Shown here in pieces: positions 44,931-55,131 of a DNA stretch of 64,000 nt. Where the stretch lies: assembly GCA_031441465.1 (NCBI GenBank), contig JANOEP010000066.1:1-64000 (forward strand). Direction: 5' to 3'. The position numbers and the translations under genes were made by a program. A model generated the notes under the pieces. It saw nothing but the letters and a program-made list of their open reading frames with translations. It made no database searches and was not told the origin of the DNA. The DNA comes from a bacterium. Its GTDB lineage: Bacteria > Krumholzibacteriota > Krumholzibacteriia > LZORAL124-64-63. Positions within the stretch are counted from its first letter, which is position 1, and every line of letters starts with the position of its first letter.

Positions 44931-47066
44931 ATGAAGCGAATCATGAAGAAGGCGGCCCCGGTCCTGCTGCTGCTGGCGGCGGCGAGCCTGGCGTCGCCCG
45001 CGCTCGCGGCCCGCAACAAGCCGTGGGAGAAGATCAAGACGCCCTCGCTGGGCGAGATCCGCCTGCCGGATTACCAGCGCGTGCAGCTGGACAACGGCAT
45101 GGTGCTCTACCTGGCCGAGGACCACGAACTGCCGATGATCGAACTGTCGGCGACCATCCGCGCCGGCCAGATCTACGAGCCGGAAGGCAAGACGGGTCTC
45201 GCCGCGCTGACGGGCGAGGTGCTCCGCACCGGCGGCACCGCCAGCTGGTCCGGCGACGAGATCGACGAGAAGATGGAGTCGCTCGGCGCCATGGTCGAGA
45301 CCTACGTCGAGGGCTACACGGCCGGCGCCTACCTGTCGGCCCTCACCGAGGATGCCGACACGGCCCTGGCCATCCTGGCCGAGATCCTGCGCAGCCCCCG
45401 CTTCGCCGAGGACAAGCTCGACCTCTCCAAGACCCAGCACAAGGCCGGCATCGCACGCCGCAACGACGAGCCGATGAGCATCGCGCGCCGCGAGTTCTCC
45501 CGTGTGATCCTCGGACCGGATCACCCGCTGGCCCGCAACGAGGAGTATGACACCCTCGGCGCGATTTCCCGGCAGGATCTGGTCGACTTCCACGCCGACT
45601 GGTTCGGACCCGACCGCACCTACCTGGTCGTGATCGGCGACTTCGACGCCGCCGTGATGACCGGCAAGATCAAGGCCGCCTTCGCCGGTTGGCCGGCCGC
45701 ACGGCGGCCCCTGCCGGCGGATCCCGCGGTGCCGGACCTGCCGCGCACGGTGAACGTCGCGCCCAAGGCCGACCTCACGCAGTCGACGGTGATCCTGGGC
45801 CACAAGGGCATCCGCAACGACGACCCGCACTACGCCGGCATCGAGGTCGCGAACCGCATCCTGGGCGGCGGCTTCGCCTCGCGCCTGTTCAACGAGGTGC
45901 GCAGCGCCCGTGGCCTGGCCTACTCCACCGGCAGCGCCTCGGGCACCGGCTGGCGGCAGCCCGGCGTCTTCGTGGCCTTCGCCGGCACCAAGAGCGAATC
46001 CACCGAGCAGGCCGCGGTCGTGATGATCGAGCAGATCGAGAAGATGACGCGCGAGCCCGTCACCGCCGAAGAGCTGCGCGTCGCGGTCGACGGCATCCTC
46101 AACAGCGACGTGTTCAACTACGACTCCAAGCGCGAGGTCCTGGACCGCATGGTGCTGTTCGAGATGAACGGCTACCCTGCGGATTTCCTGACGCGCTACC
46201 GGGCCGAGGTGCAGGGCATGACCGCCGCGAAGGTGCTGGAGGCCTGCCAGGCGGTCTGGCAGCCCGAGATCCTCTCGGTCCTCGCGGTCGGCAACCCGGC
46301 CGATTTCGACGGCGACCTGAGCCGCTTCGGGGCCGTGAACACGGTCGACATCACGATCCCCGAGCCCAAGCTGTCTTTGGAGATCCCCGCCGCCACGCCG
46401 GAGTCCCTGGCCGCCGGCCAGAAGCTCCTGGACCGCGCCGCGGCGGCCGTCGGCGGCAGGAAGCTGGCCGACATGAAGGGCTTCGCCACCAAGCAGACGC
46501 TCGCGGCCGAGATCCAGGGCATGTCCTTGAACATCACCATGGAGACCACGATCGTGCTGCCGGACCGCCTGAAGCTGATCCAGAAGCTGCCCTTCGGCGA
46601 GTCCACGCAGGTCCTCGACGGCGACAAGGGCTGGGTCCAGAGCCCCATGGGCGTCCAGGACATCGAGGGCCCCGACGCCGCCAAGATGCGCGACCAGATC
46701 AACGGCGACATGTTGATGCTGCTGCGCGACCACGCCGGCCGCACCTGCCAGGCGCTGCCGGCCGAGGAGCTGGACGGCAAGACCTGCGAGCGGGTCTACA
46801 TCACCGACGAGCAGGGCGACTACACGCTGATGTTCCTCGACACCGCGACCGGCCTGCCCGTGATGGAGCAGAGCAAGGGCGAGGCGCCGATGACCGGCGA
46901 GCCGGTCACCCAGAAGGTCAAGTACGATTCGTACAAGGATTTCGGCGGCGTGCAGCGCCCGGCGACGTTCACGATCCTGTTCGACGACGAGGTCTTCGCC
47001 ACGGGGCAGACCACGTCGTTCACGCTGAACCCGACGGTCGCGGCGGGGTTCTTCGCCAAGCCGTAG
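44931..47066 (+). CDS. M16 peptidase non-catalytic subunit with C-terminal beta-rich extension
   Basis: No HxxEH; ILGGGFASRL..EVR..RGLAYS; extra ~230-aa domain. Confidence 0.9.
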   Translation: MKRIMKKAAPVLLLLAAASLASPALAARNKPWEKIKTPSLGEIRLPDYQRVQLDNGMVLYLAEDHELPMIELSATIRAGQIYEPEGKTGLAALTGEVLRTGGTASWSGDEIDEKMESLGAMVETYVEGYTAGAYLSALTEDADTALAILAEILRSPRFAEDKLDLSKTQHKAGIARRNDEPMSIARREFSRVILGPDHPLARNEEYDTLGAISRQDLVDFHADWFGPDRTYLVVIGDFDAAVMTGKIKAAFAGWPAARRPLPADPAVPDLPRTVNVAPKADLTQSTVILGHKGIRNDDPHYAGIEVANRILGGGFASRLFNEVRSARGLAYSTGSASGTGWRQPGVFVAFAGTKSESTEQAAVVMIEQIEKMTREPVTAEELRVAVDGILNSDVFNYDSKREVLDRMVLFEMNGYPADFLTRYRAEVQGMTAAKVLEACQAVWQPEILSVLAVGNPADFDGDLSRFGAVNTVDITIPEPKLSLEIPAATPESLAAGQKLLDRAAAAVGGRKLADMKGFATKQTLAAEIQGMSLNITMETTIVLPDRLKLIQKLPFGESTQVLDGDKGWVQSPMGVQDIEGPDAAKMRDQINGDMLMLLRDHAGRTCQALPAEELDGKTCERVYITDEQGDYTLMFLDTATGLPVMEQSKGEAPMTGEPVTQKVKYDSYKDFGGVQRPATFTILFDDEVFATGQTTSFTLNPTVAAGFFAKP

Positions 47067-47087
47067 GCCAGATCACGGCTGATTCGA

Positions 47088-47125
47088 AGGAGCGGGCGGC
47101 CCATGAGGGCTGCCCGCTCCTGTTT
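47088..47125 (+). terminator. intrinsic terminator
   Basis: AGGAGCGGGCGGCCC-ATGA-GGGCTGCCCGCTCCT stem followed by GTTT. Confidence 0.8.
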
Positions 47126-47134
47126 GCGCAGCCG

Positions 47135-47163
47135 TTGAACTCCGGTCGTATATCTGGTATTCT
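47135..47163 (+). promoter_or_regulatory. sigma70-type promoter for the LVIVD gene
   Basis: TTGAAC-N17-TATTCT with extended -10 TG. Confidence 0.5.
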
Positions 47164-47214
47164 CGTCCTATGGCTTGCTGATATCGAAGAGTCCTCTGAT
47201 CGAAAAGGTGCTCC

Positions 47215-49443
47215 ATGGGTGTCTACGGGTACCGGCAAGACACGGTCACTACTCTGGGCCTCTCGCGTATTTCGCATCCGTGTCGACATTGTTTCTGGAT
47301 CTCGTTGTTCTGCTGCCTTTTCGCCTCTGGATTTCCTGGTCTGGCAATCGCCCGGTGTGTCGAATATAGCGAGTACCTGCGTTGTGTAGGGTCCGTGGAC
47401 ATGCCGGGCAACTCACTCGGCTTGGCGATCTCGGGTAAATACGCTTATGTCGGGGACGATTCACCTGGTTTTCACGTTGTCGATATCACCGATCCTTTGA
47501 TGCCGGTAATCGTCGGTAGTGTGGATACGCCCTGGACGGTCTATGACGTAGCTGTCTCGGGCAATTATGCATATGTGGTGAGCTACTGGACCGGGATGCA
47601 GGTCATAGATGTATCCGATCCTCGATGCCCTGTGATTGTGAGCAGTCTGGATACGCCAGGGTGTGCTTATGAAATAACCCTGTGTGGAAATCACGCCTTC
47701 ATCGCCGATTCTCAGGCCGACCTGCAAATCGTCGACATCTCGGACCCCCGCTGTCCCAAGATTGTGGGGAGCGTGGAAATGCCAGGGGCGGCCCATGGTG
47801 TGGTTGTTTCGGGTACTTACGCATTCATCGCGAGCGTGTACTACGGCCTGTTGGTCGTTGACATATCGAATCCGCGTAACCCCGTGATCGCGAGTAGCCA
47901 AGACACGCCGTATTATGCGACCAGCATAGCTTTATCGGGTACGATAGCGTATGTAGGTGACGGTGGGAGAAGCCTTCATGTCATTGACGTCGACGATCCT
48001 CTCGACCCTGTCTATATCCGAAGTGTAACAATACCAGGCGCTGCTTATCATATGTGCGTTTCGGGGGCTACCCTGTATATCGCGGACAACCAACACGGAC
48101 TCCTGGCACTTGACATCACAAACCAGCAATCCCCGACACTCATCGGCAAATTGGGCACTCCTAACTGGAGCTGGGGCATAGCTGTGTCCGAGTCCCTCAT
48201 CTACCTCACGGATCATGATGAAGGCCTTCAGGTGATCGAAGCCGGCAACCTCCGGAGTCCGGAGATCGTGGGCTTTGTGGATACAAGTGGATATGCCCTG
48301 GGAGTGACTGTCTCCGGCGACAACGCGTTCGTTGCCGACAGTAACAACCTGCAAGTGGTGGAAGTCACAGATCCCGAGAAACCCCTGCTCATCGGAAGTG
48401 TCGAATTGCCCGAATGGGTGGTTTGCACAGCGATCTCGGGTTCATATGCCTATGCTGTGAGTGAGTCGAAAGGTCTTCATGTCATCGATATCGCAGATCC
48501 AACGCATCCAGAAGCCGTGAATAGCATCGGTGTGCCTGGTGACGTGAGGGGCGTCACTGTGTCTGGTGTCTATGCATATTTATCTGCGGGTCCGGCGGGA
48601 CTGCAGGTGGTCGACATCACAGACCCTGGGTCTCCCTTGATCGCAGGCAGTGTGGACACGCCCAGCTTCGCTCGCAACACTGTGATCGACGGGTCTTTTG
48701 CCTACATAGCTGATTCGTATTCCGGTCTTCAGATTGTCGATATATCGAACCACGATAGCATGGCGGTGGTGGGCAACGTGGACACCCCCGGGGGGGCCTT
48801 GGACGTGTTCGTCTGCGGTAACTATGCCTACGTCGCGGACTGGGTTGCCGGCCTGCAAGTGATCGATGTCTCGGATCCCCGCGCTCCGATTGTCGTAGCA
48901 AACGTCGATACACCTGATTTGGCTTACAGCGTGTCCGTTTCGGGTTCCCACGCCTACATCGCGTCTGATGAAACCGGGTTACAGGTGGTCGATATATCTG
49001 ATCCCATCGCCCCCTATTATGTCGGCAGCGTTGATACACCGGGTCGAACAGAAGCCCTCGATGTCTCGGGCGGATATGTCTACATCGCCGATCGCGAATA
49101 CGGACTCATGATCCTGCCGACTCAATGCGAAACGGCGTCGGGTGTCGATGATTCCGTAACTTTCGATTCGACACGGCACCTGCAGGTCCACCCTAATCCT
49201 GTCTCGCACGAGATGCTCATCCGATTCGGCACCGAAAAGGGTGGCCCGGTCCAGGCTGTCGTCTACGATCTGGCCGGTCGCCGGATCCGCAGACTGTCCG
49301 ACGGCACCTTCGTCGCTGGCGATCACCAGCTGCTATGGAACGGATGCGACGACTTCGGCCGCGAGGTCCCGACAGGCGTCTATCTCGTCCGGGTGACGAC
49401 GGCAACAGGCCGCGACACGGTGCGCTTCGCAGTGATCCGATGA
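47215..49443 (+). CDS. LVIVD-repeat beta-propeller protein with C-terminal FlgD-Ig/T9SS-like domain
   Basis: 14 repeats of ~42 aa (VGSVDTPG.A..V.VSG.YAYVAD...GLQV.DISDP); C-terminal HPNP..VYDLAGR..W.G.D..G..V..GVY; start uncertain. Confidence 0.9.
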   Translation: MGVYGYRQDTVTTLGLSRISHPCRHCFWISLFCCLFASGFPGLAIARCVEYSEYLRCVGSVDMPGNSLGLAISGKYAYVGDDSPGFHVVDITDPLMPVIVGSVDTPWTVYDVAVSGNYAYVVSYWTGMQVIDVSDPRCPVIVSSLDTPGCAYEITLCGNHAFIADSQADLQIVDISDPRCPKIVGSVEMPGAAHGVVVSGTYAFIASVYYGLLVVDISNPRNPVIASSQDTPYYATSIALSGTIAYVGDGGRSLHVIDVDDPLDPVYIRSVTIPGAAYHMCVSGATLYIADNQHGLLALDITNQQSPTLIGKLGTPNWSWGIAVSESLIYLTDHDEGLQVIEAGNLRSPEIVGFVDTSGYALGVTVSGDNAFVADSNNLQVVEVTDPEKPLLIGSVELPEWVVCTAISGSYAYAVSESKGLHVIDIADPTHPEAVNSIGVPGDVRGVTVSGVYAYLSAGPAGLQVVDITDPGSPLIAGSVDTPSFARNTVIDGSFAYIADSYSGLQIVDISNHDSMAVVGNVDTPGGALDVFVCGNYAYVADWVAGLQVIDVSDPRAPIVVANVDTPDLAYSVSVSGSHAYIASDETGLQVVDISDPIAPYYVGSVDTPGRTEALDVSGGYVYIADREYGLMILPTQCETASGVDDSVTFDSTRHLQVHPNPVSHEMLIRFGTEKGGPVQAVVYDLAGRRIRRLSDGTFVAGDHQLLWNGCDDFGREVPTGVYLVRVTTATGRDTVRFAVIR

Positions 49444-49709
49444 AGCCGGATCGTCGCGCATCGAATTAGAGGCGGTTCGTGCGGAACTCCGGGGATCGAG
49501 TAGGAGAGGTTGGAAGAAGCCGCGACCATGGTCATCCGGGTTTCCCCAGGTAGCGTGAAGCCTTGCTGTTCCGGATCGTCGCCGTTGGTTGCAGCTTCTT
49601 CGCCTTCAATTATATCAAAATCAACGGTGTAGTTGTAATAATATTTGAATATATGGTGCTATCGTGGAGGCTTGGATCCATAATATTTTATGAAATATAC
49701 AGTTAATGA

Positions 49710-51146
49710 TCAGTCGGGGTCCTGCATGACGCGCGGGGCCTCGGCCAGCCATGGGTGCCGCCGGCGCAGTTCCGCGTCATCCCTCGCTTCTCGCGGCCAC
49801 CAGACGCCGGCGCGCCGGGCGTGCCACAGCAGGGCGGCGCTGTCGGTCAGGATCGGGCCCGGGGGCAGGTCCCGGCAGCGCGCCACGGCCGCCGGCAAGC
49901 CGGGCGCGGCGGCGTTCGCCCGCTCCCGTGCCTGGTCCCATCCCGGCAGGCGCGTCGGGGTCAACGCCAGGGCCGCGGCGCCCGCCGCGACCAGCACGGC
50001 GGCGCGCGCCGACGACCGCGCCGCGAGCCGGATCTCCCGCAGCCGGTCAGCCAGCAGCAGCCAGAGCTCCCAGGCGGCGGCCGGCAGCAGGACGGCGAGG
50101 TGGCGCAGGTCGTGGGAGAAAGGGGCGTAGGCGATCACCAGCAGCGCGAGGGTCCCGGCCAGCAGCGCGGTCGGCCGCTGCGCCCGCCAACCGCTTGGCC
50201 GTCTGACGAACGCCGCGGCGACGCCGGCGGCCAGCATGCCCCAGGGCAGCCAGTTGTCCAGGCGCGCCAGGAAGTAGAGCAGCCCCCGGACGGCCTTGCC
50301 GAACAGCACGTCGGGCCGGCGCAGCAGCGTCGCGCCGAACCACTCCGGCCGTTCCCGGAGATAAGCGGCGTAGCCGGGCAGCTCCGCCGTCCCTTTCAGG
50401 TGCTCGGCGTAGGCCTGCAGCGCGAAGAACGGCTGGCCGGTCACCACGAGGTTGCGGATCCACCACGGCGCCATCAGGAGCGCCCAGACCGCGGCGGTCC
50501 GCAGCAGCGCGCGGCCGCGGCAGCCGGTCAGCAGCAGCCAGAGCCAGGGCAACCAGACGAGGTCGGTCCGCAGCAGCGCGACCGCCGCGGCGAGCAGGCC
50601 GTCGATCGCGGATGACGTGCGCGACGACGCGGCGCCTTCGCGCCTGCGCACCCAGAGCAGCAGCAGCAGCAACGCGACCGGCGTTTCGACCTGGGACCAG
50701 CCAGCGGTCATCGCCAGCAGCGGGCTGAAGAGCAGCGTGGCGCACCAGGGCAGGGCGGCGTCGAGCCTGCCCCGACGATGCATCGCCGCCAGGCCCAGCG
50801 CGACCGTCAGCCCGAGCAGCGCCGCGTGGAGCAGGCGCGTCAGGTCCTCGGCCCGCTGCGGGTCGTCGCCCGACAGCGCGACCGGCAGCGTCAGCAGCAG
50901 GGGGTAGCCGGGTGGGCGGTGGATCAGCGGTTGCGGCGCGCGGTCGGCGAAGGGGAACGACAGCGACAAGGGGTAGACGACGTCGTTCAGGAACCCCTCG
51001 CCGCGCACCAGGTGGCGGGCCGTCGCCAGGTGGGTGTAGAGATCGCTGTCCGGAGGCGAGGGTGTCGCGGGATGCAGCGCGATCCAGGCGACGGTGAAGA
51101 CGACGGCGGCCGCCGCGATCGCCGCCGCGCGGCGGCCACCGGACAC
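49710..51146 (-). CDS. polytopic membrane protein, GT-C glycosyltransferase-like
   Basis: N-terminal TM then D...H...AR....G.G, RPPGYPLL, PWWIRN motifs; downstream of pyrE. Confidence 0.65.
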   Translation of the reverse strand: MSGGRRAAAIAAAAVVFTVAWIALHPATPSPPDSDLYTHLATARHLVRGEGFLNDVVYPLSLSFPFADRAPQPLIHRPPGYPLLLTLPVALSGDDPQRAEDLTRLLHAALLGLTVALGLAAMHRRGRLDAALPWCATLLFSPLLAMTAGWSQVETPVALLLLLLWVRRREGAASSRTSSAIDGLLAAAVALLRTDLVWLPWLWLLLTGCRGRALLRTAAVWALLMAPWWIRNLVVTGQPFFALQAYAEHLKGTAELPGYAAYLRERPEWFGATLLRRPDVLFGKAVRGLLYFLARLDNWLPWGMLAAGVAAAFVRRPSGWRAQRPTALLAGTLALLVIAYAPFSHDLRHLAVLLPAAAWELWLLLADRLREIRLAARSSARAAVLVAAGAAALALTPTRLPGWDQARERANAAAPGLPAAVARCRDLPPGPILTDSAALLWHARRAGVWWPREARDDAELRRRHPWLAEAPRVMQDPD

Positions 51147-51147
51147 G

Positions 51148-51723
51148 TCAGGCCGTCCCGCGGCTGCCGGGCTTGATCACGGGCTGTCCCTGGCGGCACA
51201 GCGGGCAGTCGTCCGCCGGCCAGGTCACGACGTCCACCTTCAGCAGGGACGCGATCGGCGCCGGCAGCGCCACGTCCGCCGAGGTGCGGTCGACGAGGGC
51301 GGCGGCGCCGGCCACGACGCCGCCCGCGGCGACGACGATGTCCGCGACTTCCTGCGTCGAGGTGCCGCGGGTGATGACGTCCTCGACGATGAGCGCCTTC
51401 TCGCCCTTCTCGAGCGCGAAGTCGCGGCGCAGGCTCATCGCGCCGTCCTTGCGCTCGGTGAAGACGAAGCGGCGTCCCAGGGCGCGGGCGACCTCGTGCC
51501 CCAGCAGGAGCGCGCCGAGGGCGGGCGAGACCACCACGTCGATGCGCTTCGCGTCGCAGCGCGCGGCCAGGCGCCGGCCGAGGTCCAGGGCCAGGTCCGG
51601 GTATTGCAGGACCAGCGCGCACTGGAAGTAGGTGTCGCTGTGGCGGCCGCTGCTCAGCAGGAAGTGGCCCCGCCGCAGCGCGCCCAGCTCCGTCATCAGG
51701 CTCATCAGGTCGGTGTCGTTCAT
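51148..51723 (-). CDS. pyrE: orotate phosphoribosyltransferase
   Basis: GHFLLSSGRHS..Y, VEDVITRG; ATG 51723 overlaps pyrF stop. Confidence 0.95.
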   Translation of the reverse strand: MNDTDLMSLMTELGALRRGHFLLSSGRHSDTYFQCALVLQYPDLALDLGRRLAARCDAKRIDVVVSPALGALLLGHEVARALGRRFVFTERKDGAMSLRRDFALEKGEKALIVEDVITRGTSTQEVADIVVAAGGVVAGAAALVDRTSADVALPAPIASLLKVDVVTWPADDCPLCRQGQPVIKPGSRGTA

Positions 51724-52469
51724 CGCCGGCACATCTCCTCGGTGATGGCGTGCAGGGCGGCGCCGGGGTCGGCGGCCCCGGTGACGGGCCGTCCCACGAC
51801 CAGGTAGTCGGCACCGTCGGCGAGAGCGCCGGCGGGCGTGGCGACGCGGCGCTGGTCGTCGGCGTCGCCGCCGGCAGGCCGGACGCCGGGCGTCACGACC
51901 AGGATTTCCGGACCCAGCGCCCGGCGCAGGTCGTGCAGGTCCGGCGGCGCGCAGACGATCCCGTCGCAGCCGGCCGCCCAAGCGAGGCGCGCCAGGCGCA
52001 CGACGCGCTCGGCGGGCGTGCCGCCGCCGGGAGCCGTCTCCTCGAGATCCTCGGCGCCCAGGCTCGTGAGCACGGTGACGGCCAGCAGCGCGGGGCGGCG
52101 GCCGTCGCCGGCGCCAGCGCGCGCGGCTTCGACCGCGGCTTCCAGCATGCGCCGGCCGCCGTCGGCGTGCAGGGTGAGCAGGCTCACGTCCAGCGCGCAG
52201 GCGGCGCGCACCGCGCCGGCGACGGTGTTGGGGATGTCCTTGAGCTTGAGGTCGAGGAACACGTCGCGTCCCGCGGCGCGCAGGTCGGCGACGACGGCCG
52301 GCCCCGCCGCGGTGAACAGTTCCAGGCCGACCTTGACCAGGCGTCCGCGCGGGCCGAGCGCGGCGGCGAGCCGCAGGGCCCCGCCGTGATCGGGGACGTC
52401 CAGCGCGGTGATGACGCGCTCGACGACGGGGGCGTCGCGCAGTGACGCCAGCAGTTGTTCGCGGTTCAT
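51720..52469 (-). CDS. pyrF: orotidine-5'-phosphate decarboxylase
   Basis: ALD, KVG.ELF, DLK..DIPNT, VTVLTS, PGVR, DDQ.R, VGRP. Confidence 0.96.
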   Translation of the reverse strand: MNREQLLASLRDAPVVERVITALDVPDHGGALRLAAALGPRGRLVKVGLELFTAAGPAVVADLRAAGRDVFLDLKLKDIPNTVAGAVRAACALDVSLLTLHADGGRRMLEAAVEAARAGAGDGRRPALLAVTVLTSLGAEDLEETAPGGGTPAERVVRLARLAWAAGCDGIVCAPPDLHDLRRALGPEILVVTPGVRPAGGDADDQRRVATPAGALADGADYLVVGRPVTGAADPGAALHAITEEMCRR

Positions 52470-52611
52470 GGTCGGATGTCCTCGGTCGCGGGACGGCGGC
52501 GGGGGGCGATTTGCCTTGCCCGCTCCAGACCGTTAGTCTATACCCTTCTACCAGCCGCCAAGACCGATTGCAACGTGAAAACAGCCCGCCGAAGCGCGGG
52601 GGAGGGCACCC

Positions 52612-53871
52612 GTGCTGGACCGGAAATTCCTGCGCGAGAACAGGGATCGGGTGACCGCCGCCGTCGCCGCGAAGCGCGAGTCGGTGGACGTCGGCGCGTA
52701 CTACGACGCCGACGCGGCGCGCCGGGCCTGCCTGCAGGAGTACGAGGAGCTTCAGGCCGAGGCCAACCGGGCCAACAAGGCCATCGCCGCCGGCCGCAAG
52801 TCGGGCGGCGACACCGGCGCGGACATCGCGCGGATGAAGGAGATCTCCGTCCGCCTCAAGGATCTCAAGCAGGAGGCCGACGCCGCGGAAGCCGCCGTCG
52901 AGGGGCTCTACATGCGGCTGCCCAACCTGCCGCACGCCAGCGTGCGCGTCGGCGGCGAGCAGGACAACACGATCGTGCGCACCTGGGGCGAGGTGCCGGC
53001 GCCCGGCTTCGCCGTCAAGCCCCACTGGGATCTCGGCGCCGAACTCGGCATCCTGGATCTCGAAGCCGCGGCGCGGATGTCCGGATCCGGCTTCACCCTG
53101 CTCACCGGGCAGGGCGCCCGCCTCGAGCGGGCCCTGATCAACTTCATGATCGACGTGCACCTCGAGCAGGGCTACGTCGAGGTCAACGCGCCGTACCTCG
53201 TCAACCGCGACGCGATGACCGGCACCGGGCAGCTGCCCAAGCTCGAAGAGGACATGTACGCCTGCCCGCAGGACGGTCTGTTCCTGATCCCGACGGCCGA
53301 GGTCCCGGTCACCAACATGCACCGCCAGTCGACGCTGGACTGGGAGCGCCTGCCCCTGAAGTACGTGGCCTTCTCGCCCTGCTTCCGACGCGAGGCGGGA
53401 GCGGCCGGCAAGGACACCCGCGGGCTGCTGCGCGTGCACCAGTTCCACAAGGTGGAGATGGTGCAGTTCGTGCGGCCCGGGACCTCCTACGAGGTCCTCG
53501 AATCCCTGACCGACGACGCCGAGGAAATCCTGCGCCGGCTGGGGCTGCCGTACCGCGTCGTGGCGCTGGCCTCGGGCGACCTGAGCTTCGCCGCGGCCAA
53601 GTGCTACGACCTGGAGGCGTGGGCCGCGGGCGTCGGCAAGTGGCTGGAGGTCTCCAGCTGCAGCAACTTCGAGGACTTCCAGGCCCGCCGCGCCGGGATC
53701 CGCGCCAAGGGACCCGACGGCGCCGTCTTCGTCCACACCCTCAACGGCTCCGGCCTCGCCCTGCCCCGCGTGATGGTGGCGATCCTCGAAAACTACCAGA
53801 CGCCCGACGGGCGCGTCCGCGTGCCCGAGGTCCTGCGCCCCTACCTGGGCGGCCTCGAACACCTCGGGTAA
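52612..53871 (+). CDS. serS: serine--tRNA ligase
   Basis: [43 protein letters not shown]. Confidence 0.98.
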   Translation: MLDRKFLRENRDRVTAAVAAKRESVDVGAYYDADAARRACLQEYEELQAEANRANKAIAAGRKSGGDTGADIARMKEISVRLKDLKQEADAAEAAVEGLYMRLPNLPHASVRVGGEQDNTIVRTWGEVPAPGFAVKPHWDLGAELGILDLEAAARMSGSGFTLLTGQGARLERALINFMIDVHLEQGYVEVNAPYLVNRDAMTGTGQLPKLEEDMYACPQDGLFLIPTAEVPVTNMHRQSTLDWERLPLKYVAFSPCFRREAGAAGKDTRGLLRVHQFHKVEMVQFVRPGTSYEVLESLTDDAEEILRRLGLPYRVVALASGDLSFAAAKCYDLEAWAAGVGKWLEVSSCSNFEDFQARRAGIRAKGPDGAVFVHTLNGSGLALPRVMVAILENYQTPDGRVRVPEVLRPYLGGLEHLG

Positions 53872-53880
53872 GGAGACGGC

Positions 53881-55131
53881 ATGGCCTGGTGGCCCGGGAC
53901 ATTGCGGTTCCTGCGCAGGCGCCGGGTCTTCACCGCCTACGTGCTGGCCGGCAGCCTGGCGATCCTGATGATCGTCGGCTGGGGGGCTTACCGCCTCGCC
54001 GGCCGGGTCGAACAGCAGGCGCAGCTCTCGACCTGGCTGCTGTCGCACTTCGCCAGCGTCCATCTCGGGCAGGGACAGGGGGGCGGGCTGCAGGAGGTCC
54101 TGATCCGCTCGCGCGAGCTGGACGTGCCGTTCATCGTGACCGACAACCAGGGCCGCCCTCTGCTCTGGAACTCGCCGGTCGTGGGCATCCCGATGCCGGA
54201 TTCGCTGGAGACGTTGGCGCGCGTGAACCCGGCCGGCGGCAACGGCGAGGACATCGACCGGATCCTGGCGCTGGTGCGGCAGTACGACGCCCGCAACGAG
54301 CCGTTCGCCATCACGGACCCGCGCAGCGGCCAGCGCGTGCTGACGCTGCACTACGGCGCCTCGGCCCTCGGCCGCCAGATCCGCTGGCTGCCCTACGCCG
54401 AGCTGGCGCTGCTGGCGGTCTTCTTCCTGCTGATCGTCTGGGCCCTGAGCCTGCAGCGCGAGGGTCACGAACAGAAGCTCTTCGCCGGCATGGCCAAGGA
54501 GACGGCCCACCAGCTGGGCACGCCCATCACCTCGATCATGGGTTGGCTGGAGATCCTGCGCGACCGCCGGCCCGACGACATCGTCGAGGAACTCGGCCGC
54601 GACGTGGCCCGCCTGGGCAAGGTGTCCGAGCGCTTCAGCCAGATCGGGTCGCGCCCCCAGCTCGCGGACGCCGATCTCGCGGCGACCGTCGAGACGACCG
54701 TCGCCTACTTCCGGCGCCGGCTGCCCCACCTCGGCGGCCGCGTCGCGATCACGGTCGAGGATCGCCACGTCCGCGGCTGCCGGTTCAACCGGGACCTGCT
54801 GGAGTGGGTGCTCGAGAACCTGATCAAGAACGGCATCGACGCGATGAAGGACGGCGTGGGCGAGATCGTGCTGTCCCTGGACGACGGGCCCGACGGCGCG
54901 GTCCTGCTGCGGGTCCGGGACACCGGCTGCGGCATCGCGCCCCAGCACCGGAACCGCATCTTCGAGGCCGGGTATACGACCAAGAGCCGCGGTTGGGGGA
55001 TGGGGCTGGCCCTGGTCAGGCGCATCGTCGTGCAGTACCACCGCGGGCGCATCCAGATCGAGGAGACGGGCGCGGGGGGGACCACCTTCCTGATCACGCT
55101 GCCGGGAGAGGAGCCGTTTGACGCCGTATAG
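53881..55131 (+). CDS. membrane sensor histidine kinase, PorY-like
   Basis: 2 TM, H-box GMAKETAHQLGTP, ENLIKN..DA, D.G.G, GYTTK.RGWG.GL. Confidence 0.9.
   Translation: MAWWPGTLRFLRRRRVFTAYVLAGSLAILMIVGWGAYRLAGRVEQQAQLSTWLLSHFASVHLGQGQGGGLQEVLIRSRELDVPFIVTDNQGRPLLWNSPVVGIPMPDSLETLARVNPAGGNGEDIDRILALVRQYDARNEPFAITDPRSGQRVLTLHYGASALGRQIRWLPYAELALLAVFFLLIVWALSLQREGHEQKLFAGMAKETAHQLGTPITSIMGWLEILRDRRPDDIVEELGRDVARLGKVSERFSQIGSRPQLADADLAATVETTVAYFRRRLPHLGGRVAITVEDRHVRGCRFNRDLLEWVLENLIKNGIDAMKDGVGEIVLSLDDGPDGAVLLRVRDTGCGIAPQHRNRIFEAGYTTKSRGWGMGLALVRRIVVQYHRGRIQIEETGAGGTTFLITLPGEEPFDAV

Noticed and set aside
47215..49443. DGR target or phase-variable gene (C5G7 run near 48785-48796)
   Set aside because: No reverse transcriptase or template repeat was seen; the run is short and the frame is intact.
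51148..55041. 1297-aa ORF suggesting a giant PyrE fusion
   Set aside because: Only the last 191 aa are PyrE; the rest overlaps pyrF out of frame and lies antisense to serS and the kinase.
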